A stretch of DNA of 32,000 nucleotides from Nostoc punctiforme PCC 73102 (lineage in GTDB: Bacteria > Cyanobacteriota > Cyanobacteriia > Cyanobacteriales > Nostocaceae), in contig NC_010628.1 of the NCBI RefSeq assembly GCF_000020025.1, forward strand, positions 570,001 to 602,000. The letters run 5' to 3'. The position numbers and the translations under genes were made by a program. Position 1 is the first letter of the stretch. The number at the start of each line of letters is the position of its first letter. Below the pieces are notes generated by a model that saw only the letters and a program-made list of their open reading frames with translations, made no database searches and was not told the origin of the DNA. Shown in pieces: positions 1 through 8,088 of this stretch.

Positions 1-204
1 CAAGGTTTTGTTATGCGCCAGAACTAAGGTAGGCTTACCAATTTTCTCAATAACTGCTGCTACCGAAAATGTCTTGCCAGTTCCAGTGGCTCCTAGTAAA
101 GTTTGGTAACGATTGCCTGACTGGATACTAGCAGTAAGTTGTGCGATCGCTTGTGGTTGATCGCCTGTGGGACTAAAGGGAGCTTGAAGACAAAATTCTG
201 TCAT
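1..204 (-). CDS. uvrB: Excinuclease ABC subunit B (UvrB), N-terminal 68 codons. The gene runs off the window start.
   Basis: Minus-strand translation from the ATG (complement of 202-204) gives [68 protein letters not shown]. This carries the UvrB N-terminal GDQP motif, a Walker A GTGKT and HNKTL. It is absent from the ORF track because the window edge truncates it. Confidence 0.85.
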   Translation of the reverse strand, partial: MTEFCLQAPFSPTGDQPQAIAQLTASIQSGNRYQTLLGATGTGKTFSVAAVIEKIGKPTLVLAHNKTL

Positions 205-457
205 ACAGTTTTGCTGAAAATACCCTATCTCATGGTGACGATTTCGCCCTGTATCCATTGTAGCTGGCTTATTATACTAAATAAATGGTAATAAGTTTTT
301 ACAAAACTTATTAATTAAAGTTTACTTATCTATCAGTTTTAAAGATTCTTATATCTATGTGAGGTTTTTTAAGGTTAAACTCTAAGATATATGGGAAAAA
401 ATTTCATCTTTCCTTAATTATTGTAAAATTCAATTAACAAACCAGAGGTCTTCGTTT

Positions 458-916
458 ATGGCTATTAGCAGCACTGGCAAAGCAATCAGTTCTCGGCAAA
501 ACAATGCCAAGTCTTCAGGGGAAACTACAGAGGAAGTTGAAAACCAACAAGACCAGAGCTTGAATGCTGATAAAATCGAGGAAAAACTGCCAGTGGGGGC
601 TTCTGGAACACTTGCTATTTCTGGAATTCGTCCCATAGGCCCTAGTGACTTAGAAGTTGCTGAAAAACTTTCAATTGCTGGGGTGCGTCCCGTTAGCACC
701 AGTACCTTGGAAGTAGTTGAAACCTATGACTCAATGGGTATTCGTCCAATTGGTGCTAATACATTCCAAGTTGTTGAAAGCATCAACCTCTCTGGGATTC
801 GTCCAATTGCCTCAAGTGCATTAATAATTTCTGAAAGCTATTCCACATTTGGGAACCGTCCAATAGCATCAAATGAGATTGACAATTCTGAAAGCCTGAT
901 GGGTTTTCTAGATTAG
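458..916 (+). CDS. Hypothetical low-complexity protein with five tandem 19-20 aa repeats centred on G-[I/V/N]-R-P-[I/V]
   Basis: 152-aa ORF with an ATG start. It is followed by a strong hairpin plus T-run at 944-974. Repeats are read directly from the translation. I recognise no family. Confidence 0.6.
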   Translation: MAISSTGKAISSRQNNAKSSGETTEEVENQQDQSLNADKIEEKLPVGASGTLAISGIRPIGPSDLEVAEKLSIAGVRPVSTSTLEVVETYDSMGIRPIGANTFQVVESINLSGIRPIASSALIISESYSTFGNRPIASNEIDNSESLMGFLD

Positions 917-943
917 ACAACAAATATCCCCATAACTTTATTG

Positions 944-974
944 ACCCAGTTCTGTATAAGAACTGGGTTTTTTT
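944..974 (+). terminator. Rho-independent terminator-like hairpin
   Basis: Stem acccagttc / gaactgggt with loop tgtataa, followed by a run of 7 T, 28 nt after the stop of the 458-916 ORF. Confidence 0.7.
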
Positions 975-1266
975 AGCTACGAAATCAAAAGTAGATATTA
1001 TAATATTTGCAATTTGTCTATGCCTTTTAGCATAGAGAACTAAGCTTTTCTTGCTTTATTTGGTATTCAACTAACAGCCATAACGCTTGCTACAACTAAT
1101 TTCTTGCATTTTTAATTTTAAATTTTAAATTTTTAATTGTTTAATATACCTTGTGGTGGAAGGCTTTAGTAAAAACTTTAAGTTAGTCTGTAAAGGTAAT
1201 AACAAAGCATTTCAAAGCTGACATTACAGGCTTGAAATAAATTTTTGATTAAATCAGGAGTTCAAA

Positions 1267-1449
1267 ATGAGCATAGAAGATCGCGCAAAAGCAGCAGCTA
1301 AAAATGTTGAAGGTAAAGCCCAAGAAGCATTAGGAAATGTTACTGGCGACCCAGAAGATAAAGCCAAAGGTAAAGCAAAGCAAGCTGAAAGCGAAGTACG
1401 TCATGGAATTGAAGACGTAAAAGATAACGTCAAGAAAAACATTGGCTAA
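1267..1449 (+). CDS. CsbD-family general stress protein
   Basis: 60-aa Lys/Glu/Ala-rich protein (KAAAKNVEGKAQEALGNVTGDPEDKAKGKAKQAESEV) typical of CsbD-like proteins. AGGAG lies 6 nt upstream of the ATG. Confidence 0.8.
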   Translation: MSIEDRAKAAAKNVEGKAQEALGNVTGDPEDKAKGKAKQAESEVRHGIEDVKDNVKKNIG

Positions 1450-1608
1450 TAATTCATAATAATTTTGCAAAAACTCTAGGGATATAAATGGGGTGGATTC
1501 CATTTTTGCAAAACAGTATGGATTGTTGGCTATTCAACGCTATAACCCTTTATTCTTTTCTTAGCAACCATTGAAAGATAAAGGACTAGCTTAATTAGCA
1601 AAAATCTT

Positions 1609-1637
1609 GTAGAGACGTAATTAGCCACGTCTCTACA
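1609..1637. terminator. GTAGAGACG..CGTCTCTAC hairpin (member of a recurrent hairpin family)
   Basis: Perfect 9-bp stem gtagagacg / cgtctctac with an 11-nt loop, downstream of the CsbD-like gene. The A-rich tail gives a T-run on the opposite strand. Confidence 0.4.
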
Positions 1638-1756
1638 TTAAAAAAATCATAAACTTAAAGGAATAACCTCTATAATTTTAAACTTTATAAATTCAATCAA
1701 TTAGTTTAATACAACCTATTTTATCTGTTGTTTAAAGTTTTTTCAGGAGGGAAAGG

Positions 1757-2197
1757 ATGATTCTGTTTCAGCAAAGTCGCAAAATATTGGCGACTTTCTT
1801 CTTAATCGGAGTACTGTTGATAACTACCGCCTGTGGTGGTGCTACTGTATCACAAGTTGACCGCACAACAACTCCGTCAGCCATTGGCCGAGATGTAACT
1901 TATGCAGAGTTAGAGCGAGGCAATACCCCAGGCGGGCAAACCTTTGGTACCTGGGTTGTGCAAACATCTCAAGGATTGGTTCAGGATGCTTATGTTCGTG
2001 ATAACAACAAACTTGGTGTTGTTGTTTCTTCTAAAGTTCGTCCTAACGAAGTGCGACCATTAGCAAAATCCTTAGTTCAAGGTTTTCATAAGAATTTCCC
2101 CAATCAAGACTTAAAGGTTTTGGTTTATGCACCTGATAAAAAACTGATTTTGACTACTGAATATGACACTCAGACTAATCAAGTTAAGTATAGCTAA
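1757..2197 (+). CDS. Putative lipoprotein
   Basis: N-terminal signal peptide ending in the lipobox-like LITTAC. GGAGG lies upstream of the ATG. No recognisable family. Confidence 0.65.
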   Translation: MILFQQSRKILATFFLIGVLLITTACGGATVSQVDRTTTPSAIGRDVTYAELERGNTPGGQTFGTWVVQTSQGLVQDAYVRDNNKLGVVVSSKVRPNEVRPLAKSLVQGFHKNFPNQDLKVLVYAPDKKLILTTEYDTQTNQVKYS

Positions 2198-2230
2198 TTG
2201 CTGTGTTTGCAATGAAAACTTGAAGAAAGT

Positions 2231-2824
2231 TTGAGTAATTGGGATTATGGCTTGGAAATACAGCCATTAAAAGAATTTGACGAAAGAAGGGAGATAAGTA
2301 AAGTGGCAAGTAGCGAACAGTATAAACGTCAAATCATGAAAGATTTGGCTCAGGGTGATGTTGAATCTTTAGATGATACTACAGCCGAATCAACGGCGGA
2401 ATATCAAAATTTTGATGATTTTGCTCAACGGACAACACCAGATCAGCGTCGGCAATTATTTGGTCGATCTTTACATCCAGATCGGATTCCAACCAGCCAA
2501 ATGGAGCCAGAATTACAAAATGCGATCGCACAAATTAAACCCAATGAACGGGATGATGTAGCAAGAGCCTTTTTCAAACACTTGAAAGAAAGAAAACTAG
2601 ACGAGAAGCATCTAGAGCAACAGTTGGGGCTTTCTACACACCACGCCAGCCGCATGACTGCTGATGATGTTAGCAAACTCGCGTCCTTCGCCTATCATAA
2701 CCATCCCGACATTTTCCGCGAAGTGCTGGCAGAGCAACCAGGGATTATCAAGTTTCTCAGTAATCCTGTAGTAGCTGGCATTCTCGGAATTGCGGCCGCT
2801 AAGTGGTTGGGTGGTCGCAAGTAA
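2231..2824 (+). CDS. Hypothetical protein with a C-terminal hydrophobic helix
   Basis: 197-aa ORF with a TTG start in the track; the true start is uncertain, and an in-frame ATG lies at about 2335. The C-terminus VVAGILGIAAAKWLGG is hydrophobic. A terminator follows at 2862-2890. Confidence 0.5.
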   Translation: MSNWDYGLEIQPLKEFDERREISKVASSEQYKRQIMKDLAQGDVESLDDTTAESTAEYQNFDDFAQRTTPDQRRQLFGRSLHPDRIPTSQMEPELQNAIAQIKPNERDDVARAFFKHLKERKLDEKHLEQQLGLSTHHASRMTADDVSKLASFAYHNHPDIFREVLAEQPGIIKFLSNPVVAGILGIAAAKWLGGRK

Positions 2825-2861
2825 CTTCTGAATTTTAAGTTTGGAGGATGAGTAAGAGATT

Positions 2862-2890
2862 AGGTGGGTTATTACCCACCTTTATTTTTT
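2862..2890 (+). terminator. Rho-independent terminator-like hairpin
   Basis: Stem aggtgggt / acccacct with loop tatt, followed by tttatttttt. Confidence 0.7.
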
Positions 2891-3078
2891 GCTTATTAAA
2901 ATGAGCCAGATAAGCGATCGCTAAATGGCAATATCTACCACGAGCCTAGTTGCTGTAACTTTGCCCTCAAAATCATTCCAAATATCAAAAAACTGTAGTA
3001 ATATGCTACAGGCATTAACTATCTTCAGCTACATCTGATTGTTAGCGCTCTTAAATTTACAATCAATGAGAATATACC

Positions 3079-3717
3079 GTGAGCCTAACTCTTTATTTCC
3101 TCCGTCACGGACAGACAGAATGCAGCCGCAATAATTCCTTTTGCGGTTCCATAGACTCAGAACTTACTCCTGAAGGGTTGGATATGGCAAAGGCTTTTGC
3201 TGACGCATATACTTCTAAGGATTGGACAGCAATATTTTGTAGTCCTATGCGGCGAACTGTATTGACAGCAAAACCCTTATGTGAAGCAATAAATATAGAA
3301 CCACAACTCAGAGATGGTTTAAAGGAAATCAACTATGGTAAGTGGGAAGGAAAAACACCAGAAGTAATTAGTCGTGAATATCATGATGATTATATTCGCT
3401 GGTCAGCAGATCCGGCTTGGAATGCTCCGACTGGTGGAGAAATGGCTGTTACAATTGCTTCTCGCGCTTTGCAGGTAATTGAAGAAATCAAGCAAAATTA
3501 CACTAGTGGCAATGTTCTAGTTGTTTCTCACAAGGCAACCATCAGAATTCTTCTGTGTAGTTTTTTGGGGATTGATGTGGGACGCTTCCGGTTTCGTTTG
3601 GGATGCCCTGTGGCTTCGGTGAGTATTGTAGAATTTTCTTCACATGGACCGTTGGTAAAGGTTTTGGCAGAACGTAGTCATTTGGATGAACGATTGCGTA
3701 ATTTAGCGGGAACGTGA
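3079..3717 (+). CDS. Histidine phosphatase family protein (phosphoglycerate mutase-like)
   Basis: N-terminal LYFLRHGQTE (the catalytic RHG motif) plus a later VVSHKATIR His motif. GTG start. Confidence 0.8.
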   Translation: MSLTLYFLRHGQTECSRNNSFCGSIDSELTPEGLDMAKAFADAYTSKDWTAIFCSPMRRTVLTAKPLCEAINIEPQLRDGLKEINYGKWEGKTPEVISREYHDDYIRWSADPAWNAPTGGEMAVTIASRALQVIEEIKQNYTSGNVLVVSHKATIRILLCSFLGIDVGRFRFRLGCPVASVSIVEFSSHGPLVKVLAERSHLDERLRNLAGT

Positions 3718-3721
3718 GGGG

Positions 3722-3741
3722 AGACGCGATTAATCGCGTCT
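3722..3741. terminator. Palindromic hairpin between convergent genes
   Basis: agacgcgattaatcgcgtct is a perfect palindrome. It sits between the 3079-3717 (+) and 3762-4199 (-) stops. Confidence 0.55.
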
Positions 3742-3761
3742 GTACAATATTATTTTTACCC

Positions 3762-4199
3762 TTACTCTGGCTTGCTATCTGGCTCAGTGTATTTGCAGAA
3801 AACATTTATCCCAATTTTTAGAATATATAATACGACAATTGTGGCGATCGCACCATCAATCGGAATGCCATGCACTGCTGCAACAGCAACCAGGGAGCCA
3901 ATGATACTGTTGAGCAGAGAAGAACTACCAGGATTCTTGGTGTATTCTTTGATTGTGCCCCTTAAACCATCATCACCACAGATTTCCGCGCGGATTTCGT
4001 CAAGGGTCAGCTGCAAAAGAGATTTTTTGCCCCTACTATAATCTGTTTTGCCGACTTTCTCTTGCCAGAGTGTATCAAAACTTGCTTCTAGGTTGCCGTT
4101 ATGCTGTTGCAGGGTAGTAAGTGCATGTTGTGCTGGGGTGTCATTTGGCAGAAGTTGCTGAAGTTCTTGGATTTCGACAGAGGTTAATTGAGCATTCAT
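3762..4199 (-). CDS. Hypothetical 145-aa protein with a helical N-terminal part and a hydrophobic C-terminal region
   Basis: ATG-started ORF. The C-terminal segment SLLNSIIGSLVAVAAVHGIPIDGAIATIVVLYILKIGINVF is hydrophobic. No family recognised. Confidence 0.55.
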   Translation of the reverse strand: MNAQLTSVEIQELQQLLPNDTPAQHALTTLQQHNGNLEASFDTLWQEKVGKTDYSRGKKSLLQLTLDEIRAEICGDDGLRGTIKEYTKNPGSSSLLNSIIGSLVAVAAVHGIPIDGAIATIVVLYILKIGINVFCKYTEPDSKPE

Positions 4200-4221
4200 A
4201 TATATTTGACTTAATTATTTA

Positions 4222-5639
4222 GGCTCTCACAGACTAGATATGTAAAATTAACAAAAGAAATACCAATTTAGTAAAACCCTTCTTCTAAAACTATTAAAGT
4301 TAGTTAAGCCATAAGCTCTGCATTTAATTAGCTTAATCTTCTGATTAATTCCTTCTACAATACCTTGAGTAGTTCGGCGATCAAAATAAGCAAGAATTTC
4401 ATCTATCCATCTACTTATAGTTCGGCAACTTTTGGGAAATAATTTATAAGCTCCTTGAGTCCATTCCAGGAATTTATCTAAAGCTTCATCACTGGTTATG
4501 GGACTTTCAAATATATCTCTAATGGCTTCTTTATTTCGATACATTTCTCCTAAGTCTGGAGCAACTTTTTTGAGTAAATCTATCTGAGCTTGTTCCTGAA
4601 AACTGAGGCATTCTTTTTTCTTTAACAAAGGGTATTTACTGTGAGTTAAGCCAGTTAATTTCTTTTCTCTTTCTTGGCGATTTTTAATTTTTAAGGCTGC
4701 TCTTTTTTCCTGTTTTCTTCTTGCGTCTAACTCCTGATTTATTTGTTTCATGACATGGAATCTATCTGCTACTACTTGAGCATTCGGTAGCATTTCTTGG
4801 ATTAAACTTTTATAGGGTATCCATAAGTCTATGCTGACTTCTTCTATTTGATTTAATATCTCTGAACCCAGACTGGATAGGTATTCTGCTATAACCGCTT
4901 TATTTCTCTTCTCTAACAATGCTATCGGTCTTCTTGTTTCTAAGTCTACTAATACTGCTGCATAATTCTTTCCTCCTTTTAATTGCGTGATTTCATCTAT
5001 TCCTAACTTTTTTATCTGGTTAGGTTTTTCTTTTAGTAGTTCTGATTCTAATTCTTTTAATATTGTTTCTATCTCAGATGAACTCATTCTATTTCTTCGG
5101 GCTGCATTCTCTACATCAGTTTCTAACACTTCCTTAATTACTTTGTTCGCTAATCTTTTTGTATAGGTTCTTCTACTTTTTACAAAAGATAGTTTCTCAC
5201 TAAATACTTTTTGGCATTCTGTACACTTTAATTGCCGACGATTTACTTTTAAAAATACTTGATAGTCACTCATGGGTATATCTCTGACTATATACCAATG
5301 ATTTTGATGAGTTTTATTAGTTGTCTTTCCACACCGAGGACACTGACCAACTTTTGATTGATTTTGGATTTCAATTACGATTTCATCATCAGTGATAAAA
5401 TCGTAATTCAATACTTTGATATCTTCAATATTAATAACTTTAGTAATAAAATGAAGTAAGGGATTAGAAGGCATATTTATTAAAATATTAATTCTATTTT
5501 CAATATTTCTTGTGTTTTATATTCTCAATTGCTTCTGTATTTCCTTCTCTGCACAGGCTGTTGCCACCGATTACTGCTATTCTATTGAGATATATTGAAT
5601 TTATTTATACTATTTTAACATAACTACTCTGGAAGAGCC
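4222..5639 (-). mobile_element. ISL3-family insertion sequence (1418 bp), apparently intact
   Basis: Terminal inverted repeats GGCTCTCACAGACTAGATATGTAAAATTA (4222->) and GGCTCTTCCAGAGTAGTTATGTTAAAATA (complement from 5639) match at 23 of 29 positions. A perfect 8-bp direct repeat ATTATTTA flanks the element at 4214-4221 and 5640-5647. It holds a single 408-aa transposase ORF. Confidence 0.85.
4248..5474 (-). CDS. ISL3 family transposase
   Basis: The N-terminal zinc-finger-like pairs CPRCG...CTEC and the central ADRFHV motif are typical of ISL3 (IS204/IS1001/IS1096/IS1165) transposases. Confidence 0.85.
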   Translation of the reverse strand: MPSNPLLHFITKVINIEDIKVLNYDFITDDEIVIEIQNQSKVGQCPRCGKTTNKTHQNHWYIVRDIPMSDYQVFLKVNRRQLKCTECQKVFSEKLSFVKSRRTYTKRLANKVIKEVLETDVENAARRNRMSSSEIETILKELESELLKEKPNQIKKLGIDEITQLKGGKNYAAVLVDLETRRPIALLEKRNKAVIAEYLSSLGSEILNQIEEVSIDLWIPYKSLIQEMLPNAQVVADRFHVMKQINQELDARRKQEKRAALKIKNRQEREKKLTGLTHSKYPLLKKKECLSFQEQAQIDLLKKVAPDLGEMYRNKEAIRDIFESPITSDEALDKFLEWTQGAYKLFPKSCRTISRWIDEILAYFDRRTTQGIVEGINQKIKLIKCRAYGLTNFNSFRRRVLLNWYFFC

Positions 5640-5644
5640 ATTAT

Positions 5645-6064
5645 TTATAGAGTATTTGTTAGTTCCTGAATCAACTCTTCAGGTGTGATAATTCTAGGAG
5701 TAGCAACTGGAAAATCTCTAGGGTTGCGAGTAATAATAGCATCCAAGTGATTGAGTACCGCAGCGCTGTATTGAATAGCGTCTTCAAAATCTCTAAAATT
5801 AGCAGTTAATGCAATGTTGATTGTGGTACTGTCTACTGTTGCGACTTGACAGAAGGTTACAATTCTATTTAAAAGCGATAGAGCAGATGCTCGACCTTTA
5901 TCTTTTCGAATGATGTAGTAGAGGTCACTAAAAGTAGAAGCAGAAAGATAACCTTCTATTTGTTTTTGATAAATAAATGAGAATACTTGTATAGTATTGC
6001 TGTAAAAGGAATGGCGTTCAAGAGCAAAATCCAAAATTATATTAGTGTCTAATAAGACTCTCAC
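5645..6064 (-). CDS. vapC: PIN-domain ribonuclease toxin (VapC-like)
   Basis: N-terminal (M)RVLLDTNIILDF, a later FRDFEDAIQ and ITRNPRDF are acidic PIN signature positions. The GTG start overlaps the upstream antitoxin stop by 4 nt (GTGA). Confidence 0.8.
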   Translation of the reverse strand: MRVLLDTNIILDFALERHSFYSNTIQVFSFIYQKQIEGYLSASTFSDLYYIIRKDKGRASALSLLNRIVTFCQVATVDSTTINIALTANFRDFEDAIQYSAAVLNHLDAIITRNPRDFPVATPRIITPEELIQELTNTL

Positions 6065-6366
6065 AGATTATGTTTCTCCCTCAAATATTCCCATTTGGCT
6101 TGGTCAGGGTCAAAATCTGAAGGAGTCGGCTCTGTACTTTTCAACCATTCTTTTAAAATAGGTATAGAGCATTCCACTATTCTTTTTTGCTTTTCAGGCT
6201 GGGACTGAATTTGATTTTCTCTAGAACTTTCCAAGGATGGAACTGGTTGCAAAATAATCACTTCTACCGTCCCTGGAGCAATATTTAGAGGTTCGTGAAT
6301 AATTAAATTACCGGATTCATCAATTGTGGCGTTGAGCTTATAGGCTTGCATATTGGTTTTCCTCAT
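6061..6366 (-). CDS. Putative antitoxin partner of the PIN toxin
   Basis: 101-aa ORF with a 4-nt overlap onto the toxin start. The N-terminal segment GNLIIHEPLNIAPGTVEVIIL resembles the small beta-domain antitoxins (AbrB/DUF104-like) found with PIN toxins. The start may be the internal Met (MQAYKL). Confidence 0.6.
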   Translation of the reverse strand: MRKTNMQAYKLNATIDESGNLIIHEPLNIAPGTVEVIILQPVPSLESSRENQIQSQPEKQKRIVECSIPILKEWLKSTEPTPSDFDPDQAKWEYLREKHNL

Positions 6367-6398
6367 CTATATATAATTAAATAATATTTCAGGCAATT

Positions 6399-6578
6399 TT
6401 ACAGATTATGTTTCTCCTTCAAAGCTTCCCATCTGGCTTGGTCTGGGTCAAAATCAGAAGGCGTGGGTTGTGTTTTTTCAAACCAGCCTTGCAAAGCTTT
6501 GATTTTTGTTTGTCTCTTCGGCTTTTCTGGCTGTGACTCAAAGGATGGAACTGGCTGCAAAATAGTACCTGAATCAAC
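6399..6578 (-). pseudogene. 5'-truncated paralogue of the adjacent antitoxin gene
   Basis: Minus-strand translation gives AIVDSGTILQPVPSFESQPEKPKRQTKIKALQGWFEKTQPTPSDFDPDQARWEALKEKHNL*. This is colinear with the C-terminal two-thirds of the 6061-6366 product (ILQPVPSLES...PTPSDFDPDQAKWEYLREKHNL*). An in-frame stop lies just upstream, and the N-terminal part is missing. Confidence 0.6.
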
Positions 6579-6607
6579 GATCGCAGTTAGCAGTTATAAG
6601 TGAATGT

Positions 6608-6796
6608 CTTATCGTCACCAACATTACAACATTAAGTCTTAACGCTATAACTTTAAGGCTTAACCTTATAACATTAAGGCTTAACGCTACAACATTAAGG
6701 CTTAACGCTATAACCTTAAGGCTTAACCTTACAACATTAATCACCAGCATTATAAGATTAAGGCTTAAGGTTACGACATTAAGCCTTAACATTACA
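6608..6796. repeat. Tandem array of about 9 copies of a 21-nt unit (consensus ACATTAAGGCTTAACGCTACA)
   Basis: Units were parsed by eye at 6608, 6629, 6650, 6671, 6692, 6713, 6734, 6755 and 6776. Most contain the near-palindrome TTAAGGCTTAA. Confidence 0.9.
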
Positions 6797-6890
6797 ACTT
6801 TTTGACAAAAGCTTATGCGATCGCTCTTTAGGGTAGTGTAATCTGTGCGATCGCTTGCAATACTTAACCAAAACTTATTTCAGGTGCTGC

Positions 6891-6925
6891 CAGAACCCCG
6901 ACTTGTTGAAGAAGTCGGGGTTCTG
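6891..6925 (-). terminator. Strong hairpin directly 3' of the displaced end of the STAND gene
   Basis: Perfect 14-bp stem cagaaccccgactt / aagtcggggttctg with a 7-nt loop. It begins 2 nt after the minus-strand stop at 6928-6930. Confidence 0.65.
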
Positions 6926-6927
6926 AA

Positions 6928-7087
6928 TCAACCTAGCTCATCCCGCGCTGTCCAAATTACCTCGCGCACCTCTCCCGCACACTCTTCACCCGTCGCCTCA
7001 CGCCAAATAAATTGAAACTGACTTTCGCCTAACTGCTGGAGCATACGGGCTAAATCATTAATACGATAATCAATCCAATCTTCATTA
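6928..7087 (-). pseudogene. Displaced 3' end (52 codons plus stop) of the CHAT-STAND-TPR gene, separated from it by an IS insertion
   Basis: The frame encoding NEDWIDYRINDLARMLQQLGESQFQFIWREATGEECAGEVREVIWTARDELG* joins in frame to codon 8093-8095 of the large ORF once the IS is removed. The 81-aa ORF in the track starts inside the IS. Confidence 0.6.
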
Positions 7088-8088
7088 GAGTTGTCGGGAA
7101 ATAAAAGATAAGTGAGGCAATGCTGGTCTTGTAATTGGGATTCTCTTAAGCAGCCATCAAGTAGAAGTTCCATAATCCTGCTGCGGTCAGCATCAAATGG
7201 TCATCAAAGTTTTCAATCCGATTACGATAAATGACACTGGCGGCGTTGTAGCGCTTCACACCAGCAAAGGCATTTTCGCAAACTACACGGGATTGACTCA
7301 ATTGACGATTCTCCGTTTTTTGAAGGTCACTTAACTTGCCCCCTTTGGGCTTTTTGTGAGGAAGATGGAGATTGTCATACTGCTTCTGTAATCCCTGAAA
7401 GCCCGAGTCTACTTCAATCGGAATTTCATCAGGCACACTACCTGCAATGTCATCTTCGTCATGAAAACGTTTGTCATGCAGTTTGCCTTCTCGTGCTTTG
7501 CTTAAGATCAAGACCCGTTTGGTTTCATCAACTGCCGCCAAGTGTTTACGCGTATGACGTTTCTTTTTACCGGAGTAATTCTGTTGTTGTTGTTCTCTTT
7601 CTTGAGGTCGCGCAATTGGGCGTTCTGTCCCATCAATCATCACTCGTTGCACTCCTGGAAAGCGTGACAAAAATGCTTCAATGCTTTCGAGATGGCGTTC
7701 CGGCAGCGCCATCTTCTGTCCCAAAGCCGCTTCTAATATTGGCTGCAATCGATGCATCCACTCATGTGCCTGGGAGCGATGCATATCAAAGAGCAGTCCC
7801 GCCACATCAAAGGTCGGATAACATTTGAAATAGAAAAGGATGAAAAACAATTTGTCTTGGGCTGTAAGTAAGCGGGCTTTGCGTCCTCCACCCAGGCCAC
7901 GTTGACGAGGCTTGGCCTGTTGAGTATCTAGGTACATCGTGGTAAACGTGGGCAAAAGGGCATCAAATGCTTTCCGGTTCAACCCAGTTAATGCCCTCAA
8001 CAGTCGGTCTTGCTTCAGCGCACCTTCAATATTCAGCATCATTCTTCCCTACCACTGCTGTCTATTCTCTCTTATTTCCCGACAAGTC
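7088..8088 (-). mobile_element. IS5/PIF-Harbinger-type insertion sequence (~1.0 kb)
   Basis: Imperfect terminal inverted repeats GAGTTGTCGGGAAATAAAAGATAA (7088->) and GACTTGTCGGGAAATAAGAGAGAA (complement from 8088). They are flanked by TA (7086-7087 and 8089-8090), or alternatively TTA (7085-7087 and 8091-8093). Single transposase ORF. Confidence 0.75.
7146..8042 (-). CDS. DDE transposase, IS5/Harbinger-like (DDE_Tnp_4-type)
   Basis: The motifs MIDGTERPI, NYSGKKKRHTRK, EVDSGFQG and RVVCENAFAGVKRY match the D-D-E layout I recall for HTH_Tnp_4/DDE_Tnp_4 transposases. Confidence 0.75.
   Translation of the reverse strand: MMLNIEGALKQDRLLRALTGLNRKAFDALLPTFTTMYLDTQQAKPRQRGLGGGRKARLLTAQDKLFFILFYFKCYPTFDVAGLLFDMHRSQAHEWMHRLQPILEAALGQKMALPERHLESIEAFLSRFPGVQRVMIDGTERPIARPQEREQQQQNYSGKKKRHTRKHLAAVDETKRVLILSKAREGKLHDKRFHDEDDIAGSVPDEIPIEVDSGFQGLQKQYDNLHLPHKKPKGGKLSDLQKTENRQLSQSRVVCENAFAGVKRYNAASVIYRNRIENFDDHLMLTAAGLWNFYLMAA

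Noticed and set aside
6574-6792. 72-aa minus-strand ORF (LSLNVVALSLNVIRLSLKVIA...)
   Set aside because: It is an artefact of a 21-nt (7-codon) tandem DNA repeat staying open in one frame. It has no start context or protein-like features.
6608-6796. Possible CRISPR array (also considered for 17247-17371 and 20268-20453)
   Set aside because: The units are directly adjacent with no unique spacers. The periods of 21-42 nt are too short, and no cas genes are in the window.
6928-7173. 81-aa ORF treated as an independent gene overlapping the transposase 3' end
   Set aside because: Its first ~28 codons lie inside the IS terminus. The remainder joins in frame to the STAND gene once the IS is removed, so I interpret it as the displaced 3' end of that gene.
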